Of a stretch of DNA of 64,000 bases, positions 22,160 to 33,700 are shown in pieces. Within the stretch, counting starts at the first letter, position 1, and the number at the start of each line of letters is the position of its first letter. A program made the translations under genes and the position numbers. This DNA comes from Tubulanus polymorphus. Lineage: Eukaryota; Animalia; Nemertea. The notes under the pieces are model-generated. The model was not told the origin of the DNA. It searched no databases and saw only the letters and a program-made list of their open reading frames with translations. Where the stretch lies: the NCBI RefSeq assembly GCF_964204645.1, contig NC_134031.1, positions 17,595,807-17,659,806 of the forward strand, read 5' to 3'.

Positions 22160-25100
22160 CTATTTCTCATTAACTTCTGCCTTGTCGCATTTGATAGTCT
22201 TATCTTGTGACGGATCCATGAAATCTTTCCCAGTGAAATCTGTGAAATTGGTGCACTCACGGATTGCCGAATTTGGAACCTGAATGATAGGAATGTGGTT
22301 GTTAATTTAATTATTCTTATGAATAAGGCTATCACTGTATATGATACCATTTTGAAATGTCATGTTGACTCGACAAAAATATGTTTTTAGCCAGTTCAGT
22401 TTAAAGATAAAATGAACATACATATATGAACTTGCATATGTTAACTTATGAACAGTCAGTTGTTAAATTATAAGTAAATATAATTGATTTAGATTAGAAA
22501 GCAGCTTTCTTTGCCAATGCAACAAATAGGTAAAGATTAAGTTATCTAAGTTAAATCTATTTGTAAAGTCAAATATACAGTAGACTCGATGCTATTCCAA
22601 CTAGGAAAACTGCTCAATTTGGTAGATTAAGATTTTTTGGAAAGTTCAATTAACCGAATTAACCTCTCAATCAACTAGCTTGAACTGGTTTTTAACTCGA
22701 CCCAAAATTACTCGTAAGGCAGGAGTCTACTGTTTTACAGGATAGTATTAACCACAGACTGATAGAATACCTTGTCAAGTGGAGTATATTGAGGACAGTG
22801 GTGCTTTATTACCGGGTCATTAGTCGCTTTATTATAGGCGATTAAGAAAGCCCAACGTCTGAACGAGCTGTTGTTTATATTGCTCGAATGAAGCAAATTT
22901 GAATGGAAAAACAACGCATCACCTATAAAGCAAAAACACCAAACGAACATGTACATGTATGAAGCAGTACCCCCAGTAAAGCACAATTGAAAAAGTGGGA
23001 GAGAATGAAGTATCCATAACTTTTTGTTCCCTAGCTCATAAACCTTCGCTTTCCCATAAAATGAAAGTATTGTTTGACTGGAACCAATTACCCAATATGT
23101 AGTATATTCAGGTTATACGTTAATTCATGAAAGCCATGCGAGAAGCAGAAGCAAGAAGTTAATCCTAGGCTAATTAGGATTAACGTTATGAATTAATGGA
23201 AATATGCTAACCCTTTAACCGCAAGGTAGATGGACTTGTTCAAACTTAAAAATTCACAGCTGAATTGAGTTATTGTGGTACTTAAAATCACAGATCTGGA
23301 CTAAAGTTGAGACCCACAGGGACCCGACGCAAAAAGTTTTTGATATTTTTATCAAAAAATGTATAAAACAAAGAATGTTTTTGCTTGCATATTTCTTTTT
23401 ACCAAGGATACTGAGGATGGGGTCAAACACCAAAAACTTCTGCATCAGGCCCCTGTCGTTTAGACCCAAGATATCCAAAAGTTCCCAAATGGATTCTGCG
23501 ATTAAAGGGTTCAGATATTGGACAGATTTACCGATAACTGATTACCTTATGAAGTGGTGCATAAAAAGGATGATGATGTTCGTAAACTGGATCATTGGTT
23601 GCTAGGTTATATGCGCACAGAAATGCCCACCTACGACTGGGGCTATCATTTACGTCGCTCTTATGAAGCAGATTAGCGTGGAAAAATAGCGCATCTCCTG
23701 AGTATAGATAGAACATCAAAGATTCAAAAATTCAATTTATTCGCTTTATTCGGATCCTAAATAGACAGCCAATCTTTTACTGAATTATGCGTAATCGGGA
23801 TTACTTAAATGATAAATTTCTATTATATCGAGCAGTGTTCTCCACAACAGGTTTTAGAGGGGTGAGCACTCCTCTCATGGTTTTAGAGGGGTGAGCACTC
23901 CTCTCATGGTTTTAGAGGGGTGAGCACTCCTCTCATGGTTTTAGAGGGGTGAGCATTCCTCTCATGGTTTTAGAGGGGTGAGCACTCCTCTCATGGTTTT
24001 AGAGGGGTGAGCACTCCTCTCATGGTTTTAGAGGGGTGAGCACTCCTCTCATGGTTTTAGAGGGGTGAGCACTCCTCTCATGGTTTTAGAGGGGTGAGCA
24101 CTCCTCTCATGGTTTTGGAGGGTTGATCACCCAAGCTCATGTTTCTGCATTCTTTGGTTGATCAAAAGCCTCGCTTCTTCCGCAGCCAGAATGACATACA
24201 CTAAACAATGAATGCAGCACCTTTAAAATTCCAGCATGTGGAGAACGCTGATTGAGTTGCTATTTGTAATTGACATATACTACCAGGTATGTACATATAT
24301 GCCTTCAGACACAATGTACAGCAACAATGGCTATCATTGAATGCAACTAAGTGTATAATAAAACCCTAGCAGGATATCTTATTTTCAAAGGTCGTTTTAC
24401 GATAGAAAGGCCAAAAATAGATATTTATATTTTCAAAAAGTAGTGCCAATATATCAGAAAGTACGAATATATGATTGGGACTTTGAAATTTTAACAGAAC
24501 CACCAAAAACCCATATAAACCCAATCCAAATAGAGCAGAATTGACTACGTGTAAAATGTGCAAAATTAAAGCAATCCAATTATATCTAGAAATTCAGTGT
24601 ATTTCAGCTTAAGATTTACTTGGGTTGACTTAAAACCAAATCTTGTATTACCTGGATTCATTTCAACATGACGTAATTTTAAAACTTTCTTGAGCTGATC
24701 GACGCGCTCCGTATCGGCACCTGTCTGTCCACCGACCATTATATGTTCGATACGACCACATTTGTGAGACCCATCCAATATCTACGATGAAATAATCGAC
24801 GTTAATTCGTGTCGTCAAAATACTCGCTGTATATTCGAAAAGATTTTCAACGAACCTGTAAACATCCATTTGAACGATCGCAGCGATCTATAGCGATAAA
24901 CACGGTTAACATATCCGGAAATAAACAACCGTTTTTGTACCAATAACTAAGAAATATAAAGAAACCCAATCTTATGGAGTATGTAATGCTTACTGATAAA
25001 GAAATGCGTAGTTGATAGCATCGATATCCAATTTCTCGAGTTTTCTAAGTTTTTTTCTCTAAGTTTAATTTCTTGAATGAATTCCATGAGGTTGTCCATG

Positions 25101-27332
25101 ATTTTTTTCAAAATTTTTCTGATTCGCTGAGTTTTTCAGTACACCAGTATCTCTTGGATCACTGATATTTTGATTTTAGTACTCTTGAGGTGTATCATGA
25201 TGTTAAGCTGCTTATAATAGGTTCTCAAGTTTGTAACAATGATAAATCAGCTTTCCGTCGACAGAATTGTCGAATTTCACTTGCTTGAATTTCACTTACC
25301 CGTAATCTTGATGCCAGACATGTTTTCCTCCCGTGAATGCTTCTTTCATCATCAGTTTTGTATGATAGTGATAGACCTCGCCCCCTAACAGCTGTAAAAC
25401 GTAGAAACCGTGAAGTTTAATGACCGAATCTAAATGGATTTAGAATTTCATAATTATCTGTATTTCGAAACTGTATCACTTCCGGTGGATGTAAGAGATT
25501 ACCGATTCAGCAGTACCAGCAACTTTTTCTGACCGTCCGACCATTCCGGAGATATCCGTTCCAGGATGATTCCACAAACACAGTTTACTATTCCTCCCCT
25601 CACCGTCAGCAACCTGTTCGAAAATTCATCACTTCTTTGTAAGTTTAGTTGAAGTGAATTCAAAGAGACTGCATTCGATTCTGCCATTTTATAACAGAAG
25701 AATGCTATTATAAAGCATTCTGCTGGGGCCAGTTGCTCAAACGTTGGTTCAAGAAAACGGGCAGATAGATACCATACTAACAATGAACTTTTAATTATCG
25801 CTATGTCAACTATCCACTGGTTAACTCTAATCAACTTTTGAGAAACTGGCCTACTGGTACTCACACTGAAACCATGTTTTCTGATACCGTCATCTTTGTT
25901 CAGAGCGACTTCAAGTTTATCGAGTTCTTCTTTATCCAAGATATTCCTGAGAATCAATTACCGCTATCATATTCTAAGTGTTAAAAGAAATCTAAAATCG
26001 AGAATTTATTTATTGAAACAATCTAAAATATAAGAACACGACGTTTCGATCGCACCCTAGAGATCATCGTCAGGTGTGAGATATTGACTAAAAACAGGGG
26101 TATATATACAGATCTCTAGTGTGAGATCGAAACGTCGTGTTCTTATATTTTAGATTGTTTCAATAAATAAATTCTTGATTTTAGATTTCTTTTAATTCTA
26201 TTATAGGGTATATTATATGGTATATTATCAAGTATGTTATAGGGATTTAAAGGGTTGTATTGGTCTTCAAATATATGGCATTAGTAATTCCATTTTTAAT
26301 TATCTACATATTCATACTTCTATGTACAGGATTTATATATAAATATATTTGGACGTAAAATAAACTGGTCATCTTTTATATATCATTTGTTAATGATCAA
26401 TTTTAGTGAATCTTGACGAACCCGACTATAATAATTTTTAATAGTGGGTTTTTGTCTTATCATCTGTTCACCACGTTTGAGTGTGGTTATCGTACCATTC
26501 TAAGTGATGTCTGGAATTACGATTTCATGTGATTCAAAAACACATGATATCCACTATCATTAGTACTGTTATCATTATTAGAATTGATCAACTGATTAAG
26601 GTTATTTTATTGGCTAGGAAATTAGTAGGTACCGGTAACCTAATGTAGATCCAGCCTAAGGAATGCCAATTTCTTTAATTACCTGATAAGAATATATCCA
26701 TGCTGACTGAAATCCTGTTTCATCACATCAGTGACAGTAAAAATGTCCTTCGTAAAGAAGTGTTCGCCTGTATCAATGTGAAGGGGTAGTCTATTAAGAA
26801 TCTATCACAATCATAATGAAACCACTTATTAAATTAGATTTTCAACATAATTAATGAACATTTCAGGTTCTTCTAGATTATTTCGCGAAAACAATTTATT
26901 CAAGTGTATATTGCAAAAACAATCTATTCAAGTGTTAAATAATACTATCATCAAACATGATACTAGTTGAACTATGTAACACCATAAGCCTTTTTTTTTC
27001 TGATCAAATGTCAAGTGGCATTTTGTCAGTACATGTGCTGTGAATCCAAGAGCAAAACTTATCATGCTCATTACATAGGTTACAGTAGTCTTGATACTAT
27101 GGAACAGCAATGCTGCCAACAACATTTTATTTTGAGTTTAAAAAGCCGAATTTTCGAGTAAGTAAGTTCACTTAAAAAATCGACTTTTTGAACTGAAAAT
27201 AAGATTTAACTCCATTCTTTACATTGCAAAAATGTTAGATACGAAAAAAAATATACAGTAAAAAGGTTTCCGTATAAAAATAAATGTACAATACATTGCA
27301 TTTCCCAGTTGAATGGTATATGTACCTTCCAT
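22160..27332 (-). CDS. PhyH-family Fe(II)/2-oxoglutarate dioxygenase (proline hydroxylase/ectoine dioxygenase-like); exons 27332-27326, ~26767-26683, ~25946-25865, ~25613-25503, ~25392-25300, ~24946-24855, ~24781-24652, then 23697-23546 OR 22922-22771, and ~22279-22160
   Basis: Spliced protein MEGEHFF...[10 protein letters not shown]|NILDKEE...LWNHPGTD...[31 protein letters not shown]|YW...[15 protein letters not shown]|ILDGSH...MNPG|DALFFHxNLLHxS...RRWAFL...|VPNSAIRE...VNEK*. It has the HxD...H facial triad and the 2OG-binding Arg. Confidence 0.88.
22578..22732. mobile_element. Tc1/mariner (pogo/Tigger-like) MITE with CAGTAGACTC termini
   Basis: cagtagactc...gagtctactg. Similar copies at 52833-53007 and ~30850, and CAGT-ended relatives at ~37379-37579 and ~54626-54788. 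Confidence 0.6.
22771..22922 (-). CDS. Alternative exon A (152 nt) of the PhyH dioxygenase
   Basis: tatag| [51 protein letters not shown] |gtattc. Confidence 0.85.
23211..23509. mobile_element. piggyBac-like MITE between the two alternative exons
   Basis: ccctttaaccgca / tgcgattaaaggg termini with degenerate TTAA flanks. Confidence 0.55.
23546..23697 (-). CDS. Alternative exon B (152 nt) of the PhyH dioxygenase
   Basis: ctcag| [51 protein letters not shown] |gtaatc. Confidence 0.85.
23833..24250. mobile_element. MITE carrying a 29-bp hairpin minisatellite (23850-24139, 9 near-perfect copies and 1 degenerate)
   Basis: TIR cagtgttctccaca / tgtggagaacgctg, flanks ATCGAG/ATTGAG, unit ggttttagaggggtgagcactcctctcat. 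Confidence 0.8.
25981..26496. mobile_element. Hammerhead-containing Penelope-like/retrozyme-type insertion with 10-bp TSD ATTCTAAGTG
   Basis: TSD at 25971-25980 and 26497-26506. Foldback arms 25981-26065 / 26112-26195. The 3' tail is shared with 56130-56190. Confidence 0.7.
26036..26077 (-). ncRNA. Minimal type I hammerhead ribozyme motif (intact core)
   Basis: ACAC-CUGACGA-U-GAUC(ucuagggugc)GAUC-GAAA-CG-UC^GUGU: stem I ACAC/GUGU, stem II GAUC/GAUC, palindromic ACGU loop III. Confidence 0.7.
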
Positions 27333-28325
27333 CTTTTTAAGTTGTACAAATTCTAGACGTCAGCTTTCCGGGTTTTTATCTGTAAAAGTCAAAATACGAT
27401 CAAGAGTGAGAAATAATAGATTTTTCTAATCATTGTAGCGAATATCGCTATTGTTATTATTGTAGCGAATATCGCTATAATATATTGTAATTTTATATTT
27501 AACCTGCGCAAACTGGGACCGGCAAAATTGGTCCGAGATAGGGATAATGATGACTGCAATAATGCTGCGTCGGTGTAAAATGGACTTCCTACATAGAAAA
27601 ATCGCTTTTGACTGTCCAGACTCAGACTGTGTGGTGTAACTGTAGTGTGGTCGTGGTATCATCCATATATCATATAAAAATAAAAGAATATATTAACCAC
27701 GTATGTCTCCCTACCTTTTCTAAAGTTCGTTCTTTTAAGTGACCTACAAATAATAAGTTGACATCACGAGGAAACTTATTATCTTGTAACTTCAGTGGCT
27801 TCGATCGATGGCCCCTCGATGAAGTTATGGTTCTTGGGAAAATCCCAAGAAATAAATCTTCCGGGTTTAGATGGCAGCACTTGCTAACTGCGGTGGCCCA
27901 AATAGGGTAGCTCCGAATATTTGCAAATCGGTGTTGTATAGTTCTATGGTCGTCGGGTCCGTCGTTGCCAACCCGCCCGTGCACGACCCATTGACAAATA
28001 AGAAAACATGATCTTCGGATAGGAATTTATTCATAAACGTCAAAATTTTATCTAGATACAACCGTAATCGTTTAAAATGTCCTAACCAACGGCTTCAGTC
28101 GTCCTGGGCCCAAGTTCAGTGACCCCCGCCGCCGGGGCGTTGCGGGCCGACGAACGGCTTGAGACAGCTCTCGTTCTAGTCTTTTCAAATCGTTTGTGGC
28201 CGACACCAGTCACTTTGAAAGTAAGCACACTGATCCTGCAGCCTCTTGACATTGGTTTACGTAGACACTAGGTCCAGTGAGGCCAGTCGCCGGGGAGTTT
28301 CCCGGTCCGGTGCCAGCCGTTGAGG

Positions 28326-29697
28326 TCACGCATCATAGCGCGAAAGAAGGAATGTGACGGTCCCTATCACCGCAATTGAAAACCAAAACTTGTTTAAACT
28401 ATAGCTATTCGCGCTAGTGTTGCACAAATCGGATTTACAGCATTTCAGAGTGAATCTTTGGTCGTTGTTCATAATCAATTCGCGATTGTTTTGGCACTCG
28501 TATGCACAAGCCTTCACGATCGATTTTGTATTGTACATAGTCCCTGTCAGCGTCTAGAAAATTGTAAAATATTCTTTTATTATGAGCTAGCTTGGAGCTT
28601 GGAGTACGGTTATCATTTGTCAAATGATGACTCCAAGATGTAAAACGGACCATATTGTAGACAGAAATCGTCGGCCGTTAGTATATTTAGGAGGGTGGAA
28701 GAAGATTCATTGGATATCTATTTACCGTGCAATAATTTCCAAACGTACAGTACCCCCCGAGAATAGCGGCGCACCCATGGCCACAAGTCTGTTGATAACA
28801 TCTGATTCCGTTCACATCTGAAAAATAATTCATCCATTTTTAAGAGACAATCTGACGAATACTGAAATGTTTAGATGGAAGAAGCCAGAAAATTATGTCA
28901 ATGTCGTTGGACCTGGAATAATGAATGGGGACTGGAAGGTTTATTCTTTGTTTATTTGTTTGTTTTATCTTGCTTTTACGTGGGATGGAAGGGTGCGACT
29001 TACTCCGGGCCTACAATATGAAATATCAGAAAACCCTTATCAGCTTTGATCGAAGCCTCCGTAATCTCCCCTCCATGAAGTAGGTCAATGTCTTAGTACC
29101 GTGCGTAACAGGCCAAATTATCTAGTTAATAAATTTTAATTAAAATTGTAATAAATTTGCATCTATTTAAATCCAAAATATTTATGACAAAAGAAATGAA
29201 TACATTTAGGGCGTAATCCTATGAATTCATTAACGCTGAAAAAAATGTCTGAGCAATAGGGCCTACAAATCACGTCGAAAATATCAACCGTTTTCAAGCC
29301 CCTATACATAATCACACTAGCGATATCGGCATTGTTACTATTCAAAGAATTATTGGTCACAATAAAAACAAAACCTGTTTGACTGGAAAAACGCCTTTAG
29401 AAAGATTAAACAGCAGTGAGAAAAAAACACAGGTATTTCTTTATTTGTGTCAGGTTCCAGGACGTGCTATGTCAAATCCCTCATAGTTTCAAATTGAGTT
29501 TCAGGAAAATAAATGCTGTTGAAAACGAGATAAGATATAAAATCAAACATATTAGATTTTGCAATCAGTATCCTGATAAATCTCCCGTGAAAAATTAGTG
29601 CTGAATCGGCCTTACCTTTGACGCGGGTGCTGAATATTAAAACAAGCGCATATGTTAATACCGCAAGACGTATGATTTCCTTTCCGAAAAAATGCAT
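28326..29697 (-). CDS. Ly6/uPAR (three-finger) domain GPI-anchored protein; exons 29697-29616, 28817-28726 and 28553-28326
   Basis: Signal peptide MHFFGKEIIRLAVLTYALVLIFSTRV, then IRCYQQTC...C...C...CT|...KACAYEC...KCCKSDLCN (10 Cys, CCxxDLCN end), then a hydrophobic GPI signal. Classic three-exon LU layout. Confidence 0.82.
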
Positions 29698-30473
29698 CTG
29701 GAGTTCGCTGAATTTTTTTCTGGATTCACTTTGTACAAGGGTAGTACGCAAGTCGTTTGTGTGCTCTCGGTTGCGAAAAAAAACGCGTTTACCGTTCAGC
29801 CAGTCAACCAGGCGTGACGGTACGAACATCGAGCTCGGTCAGATAATGCGGGTGGCTCCAATTATTTCCTACTGTCTCAAGGTCGTCGCTCTCGGGCTGT
29901 TGCGATGTTGCAATAATATCTAAAATATTCCGGTTTTCTCGATCGTTCCAGACCACTATCGTTGGCTGCACGGTGAATCGTATTTCCCTCGGTCAAGTCA
30001 TAATCTTATCCAGGTAAAGTTTACTTAAGTCAGAGCCATGTTTTGTAACTTAGTAAGATTTTCAAGAACTGAGAGGTGACGATGGCCTGGGCCTGCACGC
30101 TGGATGATTCCTGTTGCAGTTTAATAATATGATAATATGGAAAGTGAAACTGATTTTTGTCATTTCGTATTCCAGTTTCCTCTCACTCATCCATCCTCGC
30201 TTGCCAGGGCTAGTTTGCCTCCAACCGAAACTCATGGCATCACGTCAACACAAATTCTGGCCACAGACCCTCGGCCTCATGTTCATTCAAATTCAACAAC
30301 ATCCTTATTCAGCATAAACAAGTGCACTGTTTGCGACTGTGCGACTGACAGACATTTTGTACATATATACATGTTACAACAAAGTGTGAAATATTATAAT
30401 ATGATAGACTATGTATGGTTTAAAATAAGTAACGAGACAAGTAGTACTGTATAGGTTAACTATTTATTTGACG

Positions 30474-30514
30474 CACGAGCTTTCGCTACTAATGTGTAGA
30501 AGCTTCATCAGGTG
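30474..30514 (-). ncRNA. Minimal type I hammerhead ribozyme motif
   Basis: CAC-CUGAUGA-A-GCU(ucuacacauuagu)AGC-GAAA-GC-UC^GUG, with palindromic AGCU loop III. Confidence 0.65.
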
Positions 30515-30764
30515 ATTGAGTCAATGGTTTGAGTATGGATGGTTTGAAAATTTAACAAAAATACCATTCAGATATTGGTCTATCGACACGAAGCGAGAAT
30601 GTCCCATTCTGTCCTAGCTGGAGACCTCCCCTACCCATATGAACTGCAAACCATCATTATTATATCTATGTTTTTGCAGGGGAAGGTTAGATGATTGATG
30701 AATGCTTCTGGGAATTAGAAGCGTGCGCTAACCACACAGCTCTCAGAGTTCTCATCAGCTGGTC

Positions 30765-33700
30765 ATGATGGCGTCCACCATACAGGAATATGACGGTAAG
30801 CTGAATAAAAATTTCTTTCACATTGAATTTTGAATTTCTTCGTTACTACAGTAGACTCTACTTAAGTTTCGGATCACCTGTGGCCAATAGATTCCGATGT
30901 ATACAGTTTACAGGGCACTTAGACCATGGATGGCCGGGTCAATATCATGATGAATTGGGGAAAGGAGATTGGTACCGGTAATATATCGTCCATGGCACGT
31001 AATAATCTGAAGCAATCATTAAAATTTTTGATATCAAAACAAAAAATCTAGTACCCTCGGAAAACTGCCAAAATCAGAGTCCTGAGAGAAATCCTGAGAG
31101 TAGTTATAGAGATTATGTGCTAGATTATTGCGCATCTTGAATTAACATCGACATATCGGTGCAATCAGCCGGTTTTACAGTCCAGTGTCAGGAGAATCAA
31201 TCATAAATGTTTCATGTATTTTCAGAAAGCGATCTTGTTTGGGACAGGGATACAGATAATGACGTTTTCGATGTAGCTGCTGATAACAATGCAGCTGCTG
31301 TAGCTACATGCATTCCTTCATCTTCAGGCTCCAGTCATCTGATGATGCTGTCACTGCTCGAATACATCTGCTCCCTTCATATACCCGACCAAAGTCAGAG
31401 CCAAAAACTGTTCAAAGGTACCGAGATTACTATAAATGATTTTGGGCTGGTTTACCGCTTCGCTCAGTCCTGGAGGTGGTTGTATACGCAGTGCTCTACA
31501 ATGCGCTACAGTTTCTTAGCAATATCATCTTTCAAAAAAGTACATTCGAACTCAAATTTTCTGTTGCAGTGTTGTGCGACGAACTATCAAGATTCGACAA
31601 TATGGCTCCGATAGTTTGTTTAGATGAAATGAGGAGCATTCGAACGAAGTATCTCACTGTGTTTTCAAGTTTAATGCACAAAGCAGTCAATAATTTCCAC
31701 AAGGTTAGTAGTAATAGTCATATTGTAATTTTCAACTGGACTCTGATATTAAGGCAGCCAGCCGTCTTTCAACAAGTGAGTTTTATTTGATTTACGGGTG
31801 TGGAGAATTCTGATAGCGCTACTTTCATATTTAGGATGACCGGCATCTGAATGAAACCAGAGTCAATACATTCTATGCACCGAGGTAAATGAACTGATGA
31901 TTCGATGTTCTATAGTTATATGTTCAATAGTCAGAAATTATTTTCATTGTTTGGTTTTTGTATTTCTCTATTGAATTCATAGTCCGTCCGCTCTTCAACA
32001 GTTGAGTCTACGAAATCGTCGCGATAGTCTGTCAATGAATTCTTCGAGATATTTCAATGACTTCGTGGAATTATTAAGACTCGGAAAGGGCGCATTTGGA
32101 TTCGTTTTCAAAGTGAGTTTCGGACCGTTTCCAAAAGTAAATCTGTCCAGACTTTCACAAATAGTTTTTACTTCGTTGTAATATTTGAATCTTACAGGTA
32201 AAAAGTCGCTTGGACGGACAGTTATACGCCGTCAAGAAGATTCAGCTGTATCAGTCTCGGCTAGATGATTGGATGGGAGTGATTCAGGAAAGCAAAATAC
32301 TCGCCGGTTTGAAACATCGAAATATTGTTGGCTACCACACTGCCTGGCTAGAGTTTGAAAACAAGTCAGACACGTTAGGAGATGGTGAGTATCATGGGTG
32401 AGTTAAATAGATAGAGTGACACAACGGGAAATTCTAAATAGTTTCTTTAAGTGATTATGATAATTCTGGCTAGGTGGAGGATAAGTCTTGAGGGATACAA
32501 CTTTCAGGCCCAGTCAATGAAACTGGAACTAAAATTGTGCTTAAAATCCTATTTTCAGGTACAAGTTCAGCATATCCACTGCCTTCTTCTAGTGTCACAT
32601 CATCTGTTATTCAATGGTAAGACTTAATTTCTAACCATTAAATTATAATTTTTGTGGCAATTTATACTGCCAGTAGATATATGATTGCGAATATCTTTTT
32701 GTATTCCAGTGAAGATGGCAATGCCAGCGATAGTTCAAATGGTATTTATTTCAGCGATTCTGCGTCTCAGATAAAAACGGTCAACAACAGTAAAGATATC
32801 AATCGCTATCAAAAACAATATAAAACATCTCTTTCCAATGAAAAATACACGGAGAATCAAATCGACAATGACGGTTTCGAAAATAAGTTTGAAAATCGCG
32901 AACAATGCTCCGAATCGAGAATGGATATCGAATTTCATGAAATTCGTCAGACGTCGGTTGCCGTCGCCGATATTAACGAAACTAGATTACGTCAAAATGT
33001 ATCGAGATTAAATTTGAGTCGTGCTGAGCTTTTGAAGAAATCTCAATGCGCTACGACTGCTGATTGTAACGGTGTTATTATCAGTTCCGAGATTACGGAA
33101 TCACGAGAATGCGTCGTAGAAGTTCAGTCCAATGGTGATCAGCGATCACTCGCCGACCGATGCTTGGCTGCTATAGTTACTAGTCATCCAAATCGACATA
33201 ATTTGTCCGAACGGAATCCTAACATCGAAACAATCGCTTATGATCGTGATGGTAACGACGAATTGCTGTATGGTCTGAAAAATAGATCTCAAATCGCTGA
33301 AATTAATGTCATCGAAAACGTAGAGAATCGTTTATTAGTGGAACACGGGCGCTTTCAATCGAACGTCGTTATCGATTACGAGCCTAAATGTCACGTCGAC
33401 GTTCACAACAATGTGCCGCATTGCGCGCACGACAAGGAACAAGTCCTGGAAACGAAACCGCGGCCACGTTGGCGATCGGGACCGAAACGAAGCCACAGTC
33501 ACGATCCGTCGTTAGATCAGTCGTCGATCGAACGCGAAGAAAACGAGAAACTACAACTTGTTTCCGTTCAAAACAGCTCCAGTTTTTTGCTGAAGGTGAA
33601 TTTCTGAATGCTACTTGACAATGGCTTAGAAGCTGCTATGAGAAATGTATGTATGGTATCACATTTAACTTATTATTTGTTGCAGGGGCAGTTAAATTTA

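Noticed and set aside
23850-24139. CRISPR-like array: 29-bp palindromic repeat beginning GTTTTAGAG, like type II-A repeats
   Set aside because: The repeats are head-to-tail with no spacers, there are no cas genes, and the array sits in a eukaryotic intron inside a MITE.
22160-27332. Bona fide ectoine hydroxylase (EctD) or recent bacterial HGT/contamination
   Set aside because: It lacks the EctD signature (FxWHSDFETWH; here VWHQDYGYW) and has multiple spliceosomal introns.
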